The notes below the pieces were generated by a model. That model worked only from the letters and a program-made list of their open reading frames with translations, did no database searches and had not been told where the DNA came from. Below, piece after piece: positions 59,001 through 64,000 of a DNA stretch of 64,000 bases; position 1 is the first letter of the stretch, and every line of letters starts with the position of its first letter. Source of the DNA: Octopus sinensis (Eukaryota); contig NC_043017.1 in NCBI RefSeq assembly GCF_006345805.1, positions 15,252,001 through 15,316,000 of the forward strand, in the 5' to 3' direction. Made by a program: the position numbers and the translations under genes.

Positions 59001-60445
59001 AAGGAATGTTATAGGAGAGTTCGTGCAGTCCAGAAATCTGAACTAAATGCACGTAACAAGGTGTTAGCTATAAATTCTTTAGCAGTTCCAGTTGTTACTT
59101 ATAGATACAATGTGTTGAACTGGAATATGAGTGAAGTAAAGAATATAGATAGGAAAATACGCAAGCTGCTGAGTTGTAATAGGATGCACCACCCAAAGGC
59201 AGACGTAGATCGCCTTTACCTTCCCAGAGCACAAGAAGATCGAGGCCTGATCCAATTTGAACTAGCTTAGAAAACAACCACAATTGGACTGGCCAAATAT
59301 CTCGAAATAACGAATGACTGGATGCTAAAGCTCGTGGAAAATCACGAGAGACGAAAGAAGCTTCATTCTATCATAAAGGAAAGCAAAAAATTTGCTATTG
59401 ATCTCCTGCAGGATACCCAAACTGAACAACCCGAGGGAAGTAGGGCAACTATTGTTGCAAAGAAGGTGAAAATAATGGCAACGAAAAAAGCGCACGAGCA
59501 ATTGGCTGATAGGTGGGAGGAGAAACCTCTGCACGGCAAATATGTGACCCGTAGCAAACAAGCTGATGTTGACCAGAAGCAAACCCATCAGTGGCTACGG
59601 AGCTCAGGGCTAAAAGCAGAGAGCGAAAGTTTCATCCTCGCTGCTCAAGATCAAAGCCTATTAACCCGGAACTACCAGGCCAATGTGATGAAAAATGGAG
59701 CAGACCCAAAATGCCGATTCTGCAACGACATGATTGAAACAGTGGACCACCTAATCTCTGGATGTAAAGTCTTAACACCAGTGGAGTATAAATTAAGACG
59801 TGACAGAGTTGGCCAATATCTACACTGGCTAATAAATCGGCATTACAATATCAAAACTGCCGACAAGTGGTATAATCACCACCCTAAAGCTGTAACTGAA
59901 GGAGAAAATGTAACGATTCTGTGGGACTTTCCAGTACATACAGACCGAACCATCAAAGCCAATAAACCGGATATTGTTGTGAAAGACCAAAACAATAAAG
60001 TTTGCTTATTGATCGACATGAGCATCCCCTGTGATCATAATATCTCGGCGAAAGAGTTTGACAAGCTCAGAAAATATAAAGACCTGCTCATTGAAATTGA
60101 GAAAATGTGGCATCTCAAGGCGGTTACAATACCAGTGATCGTAGGAGCACTAGGAATGATCAAGAAGGGAACCGAAAATTATATGAGAATGATCCCTGGC
60201 TTACCATCCCTGCAAGAAGTGCAAAAGATTGTCTTAACTGGTACATCACACGTATTGAGAAGAGCATTGTCGATGTGAGGACTGTTGTTGCTCATGTATT
60301 TTAATATAACTTTAAAAAAAATGAACGAACTATTGAGTTTGGTTTAATGGCCTACCAATGTATACTATGAGTTTCTTTGCCCTAGGAGTCGGGAAGACAC
60401 TCGGCAAGAAATGGAAGCAAATTTGAAAGAATAGGGAAAAAAAGA
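56070..60445 (+). mobile_element. Full-length R4/Dong-like non-LTR retrotransposon (N-terminal Myb-like region, RT, CCHC, restriction-like endonuclease) ending in (AAT)n
   Basis: ORFs 56591-57010, 57261-59270 (FYMDDLK) and 59322-60278 (CRFCNDMIETVDHLISGC, KPDIVVKD...LIDMSIP, KLRKYKDL); 3' UTR then (AAT)n. The 5' boundary is set by homology with the minus copy and may include flank. Confidence 0.93.
57261..60278 (+). pseudogene. RT-REL polyprotein interrupted by a single in-frame TAG at 59268-59270
   Basis: 57261 and 59322 are in the same frame; the sequence reads FELA*KTTTIGLAKY across the stop. Confidence 0.88.
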
Positions 60446-60448
60446 TAA

Positions 60449-60449
60449 C

Positions 60450-60519
<70 letters not shown>

Positions 60520-60573
60520 TAATGATAATGATAACAATAATAATAATAATAATAATAATGATAATAATAATAA
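60449..60573 (+). repeat. (AAT)n tail or target tract of the R4/Dong element
   Basis: Directly follows the 3' UTR. Confidence 0.9.
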
Positions 60574-60826
60574 TGTCGCTTTCTTCTAAATCAGTGTTAG
60601 AATAGTGAGAGGTGTCATATTTCAGAAGGCAAACCAGAATCCATTAAATCTCACATCAATGATAATCTAGCAAATGGGTGACATATTTCATTATTAACAG
60701 ACTATAATAACAATAATGATGATGATGATGATAATAACAATAATAATAATAATATAATAATAATGATAATGATAATAATGAAGAAAAGGAAGAAGAAGAA
60801 GAAGAAGAAGAAGAAGAAGAAGAAGA

Positions 60827-60857
<31 letters not shown>

Positions 60858-61420
60858 CGACGACGACGACGACGATAATAATAATAATAATAAACAATAA
60901 TAACAGCAATAGAGCATTAATGCGTGTTTGTGGTTTGGTTAAGAGGATGTCGTCTGCTTAATGATGTTAACCAATCAAATCAGTGTCAGTTATTAACAAT
61001 TACAATCAGATTAGTGAAGGAACTGACTGAGCTTCACTCCTACCCCCCACCCACCCACCTCTACAGTTAAACCATCAGAACATTTCCTAAATAACCAATT
61101 CCAGTTGTATTTATTTATTTATTTGTGATTATTTACCGTTTTCTGCAATGAATTTGCCTGTTAAACAGCTAAATGGAACTCTGTGATTAATTTCACTATA
61201 CGTAAGAGGAAGGCAGTCTCCTCCCGACCCCCTGACCCGGCTGAAATCGTTCTGTCAATTCTCCTGAATATATCTCCGTTGATAGTTCAAGAAAGATTTC
61301 CCTATCACTGATGGCGTCTACGCACAGATATCGGATTTCCAACTCTAAATTACAGAACATAAACCAACAGCAGTGTAAACACAAACGCACACATACACTC
61401 GCACATGTTCCTTCTGTAGA

Positions 61421-62550
61421 TATAGAACACAACATGTTGTAGTTGATGGAGTCCACTCAAGCCCAGCAAAAGTCACCAGCGGTGTCCCCCAGGGGACTGT
61501 CTTCGGTCCGCTACTCTTCATAATTTACATAAACGACCTCTCCAGTGTCGTACATTACTGCAAAGTGAAAATATTTGCTGAAGACACTAAGCTCCAGCAA
61601 ATCGTCAATGAAGAAGAAGACCGAACTCAACTCCAGTCTGATCTATATGCTGTGAGTCAATGGGCAGACAGAAACAAAATGTAATGTGAACGAGGGAAAA
61701 TTTGAGCTGATGCATTTTGGAAGAAATTCCTCACTAAAACAGCCATACTCTCTTCTTTCAGAGGAACCGCTCACAACCTCTAACAATATCAGAGACCTGG
61801 GTGTAATTGTTGATGACGATCTCAGTTGGAGTGCACACATCAACAAGAAGGTCTATATAGCTCGTAGGATGAGTTCCTGGATCTTAAGAACTTTCCGGTC
61901 CAGAGAATAAGATGTCATCATACCACTTTCCTCCTCCTTTGTAAGGTCACACCTCGAATACTGCTGCCCACTGTAGTCTCCCCATACAAGACAAAACATC
62001 TCGAGGATTGAATTACCTCAGAGGGCACTCACTAAACGAATTGAAGGCATGGCTTCTCTCGATTATTGCCTTAAAGCCTTGAAACTCTACTCTCTCCAGC
62101 GTCGCCGTGAGCGGTACATCATTTGTACGATGTGGAGAATATACCGCCAACTTTGCCCAAACGACCTGAACATTAGCTTCAAGGTTCATCCAAGACTGGG
62201 ACCACGGGCCATACGTCCCCTGCCCAATTCAAGATCACAGCATACATGTACACTGTAACATAATTTCTTTTCCTCAACAGGCCCTGCCCTATTTAACATT
62301 GTCCCGAAAGAGATCAAAGACGAACAGGAACCCATCAACTTTAAACGGAGTCTGGATAGATTCCTTCAAGGAATACCAGATAAGCCACCCATAATTGGAT
62401 AAAACTCACCCAACAAAAACACACTACTTGAATGGATCAAAAACAAAACTTGACTTAAACAGGATTCAAATAATCCTATCAGGTGGTGCTATTAAGTTAG
62501 ACATAGCCTGGACCAATCTTTGGTCGAAACATATCAAAATTTATCTAAGT
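61421..62550 (+). mobile_element. CR1-like LINE, 5'-truncated and degenerate (second subfamily)
   Basis: SGVPQGTVFGPLLFIIYINDL, IFAEDTKL, GKFELMHFG, RDLGVIVD, EYCCPL, YSLQRRRERY; 3' stem-loop at 62482-62530. Confidence 0.88.
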
Positions 62551-62574
62551 TTATATATATAATATTATATTCTT

Positions 62575-62962
62575 TTCTACTCAACGCCCAAAATTTTGGA
62601 GGAGGGGTCCTATCGATTAGATCGACCCCAGTACACAACGTTGTACTTCATTTATCGACCCCGAAAGGATGAACGGCAAAGTTGACCTCGGCGAAATTTG
62701 AACTCAGAACGTAGCAGCAGACGAAATACCTATTTCTTTACTACCCACAAGGGGCTAAACACAAAGAAGACAAACAAGGACAGACAAACGGATTAAGTCG
62801 ATTATATCGACCCCAGTGCGTAACTGGTACTTAATTTATCGACCCCGAAAGGATGAAAGGCAAAGTCGACCTCGGCGAAATTTGAACTCAGAACGTAGCA
62901 GCAGACGAAATACCGCTAAGCATTTCGCCCGGCGTGCCTACGTTTCTGCCAGCTCGCCGCCT
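62575..62962 (-). mobile_element. Tandem (partly dimeric) SINE of the 42165-42363 family
   Basis: The body TTTATCGACCCCGAAAGGATGA...GACCTCGGCGAAATTTGAACTCAGAACGTAGCAGCAGACGAAATACC occurs twice (~62650-62730 and ~62835-62915). Confidence 0.85.
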
Positions 62963-64000
62963 TAACATTATATCATATGATATTATATTGTATTGTATTT
63001 GTTGTGGAAGATGTGGAATATAGACCAGTCCTTTCACATGGCCCTGTAGAAAAATGTCCCAAGGTGTCAAGTCAGGTGAAGCTGGTGGCCATTTCAACAG
63101 CACATTGTCATTATGACTAGTATGCCCCATCCAAACTTAATTTTGAAACATTTTGTTAGTTTGAGATCATTTGAGCGAGAATTGGCTGTTATCAGACTAC
63201 GAAATGATGACCTTGTATATACATTAATGTTTGTTTTTATGTCCAGTTATAATAAAAACGATTTTACATTAATTTGATGGGTTACCCTATACTTTTATGG
63301 AGTACAAATTTATTATTTATTATTTTAAACAATGACATTGTACGGTTAAGAAGTAAGCTATCGACATACGTGGTTTCATGTTCAATCCCACTGCAATGCA
63401 GCTTACTGAGCCACGAGGTTCACCAAGGAATACGAGTAAAATTTTCTTAGCGGAAACTGTAGGAATCCTCTGAAAAAATCTTTCCTTTTTGTGTGTGAAA
63501 TATTTAATGCTAGCCTTGAGTTATACATTAAGCTGCATCTGGGAGATAGGGTGACGTTCCAGCTCGGGAGATCAGGAGTCTGGGAGAATATGGAAAAGTA
63601 CGGAGTTACCCTTTCCGTTACCCTGGTCCCGGTGTGGTAGTACACGGGAACAGGCTTATTTAAGGATCAAGTTGTATATGATGGTCCAATGGCTAAGGCT
63701 TACAGAGGTCGAACATTGGCTGACCCGTAGACATATATCAGACAGGACCACCTGAATGAGGAAAGGCCTTGATCTTGAGCGAATTAGTCCTCTTGTCTAA
63801 GGGTTAAACAGGCCTTATGCCTTAAGGGCAAACCAGAGAGTAAACAATAAATAAACCAGGTAAAAATGAGAAGGGAAGCAATTGCTGATTCTTTTCCATG
63901 AAACAAATTTCAAATTTTCATTTGGAGGTTGATGGTCGCTGACATTTTTAGGTATATCACCTGAAGATGGACAGAGAGGGAAGGGAAAGAAAGAAAGAAA

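Overview
Eukaryotic, AT-rich, microsatellite-saturated window made almost entirely of transposable elements and simple repeats. The SINE families and repeat landscape look like an octopus (cephalopod) genome; this is an inference from recognised repeat sequence, not a database result. No host protein-coding exon could be identified with confidence. Recognisable elements: two inverted, near-identical R4/Dong-like LINE copies at opposite ends of the window (1-2935 minus; 56070-60445 plus, full length); an RTE LINE with a 5' inversion (9062-12383); two CR1-like LINE fragments; an internally deleted L1/Tx1-like element inside (GATA)n (35991-41168); a Penelope GIY-YIG fragment (34205-35160); several tRNA-derived SINEs; and a 100-N gap. 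The most notable signal is four small non-coding elements (13.0-14.6, 14.6-15.2, 51.6-52.4, 52.5-53.05 kb). Each carries a type I hammerhead ribozyme with the same extended fold supported by compensatory base changes. They are tandem, terminally redundant and/or 5'-inverted, and most ends sit in (TA)n tracts. They look like retrozyme-like or Penelope-dependent non-autonomous retroelements that may pass through a circular or multimeric RNA. All folds, alignments and identities were read by eye; no folding or search program was run.
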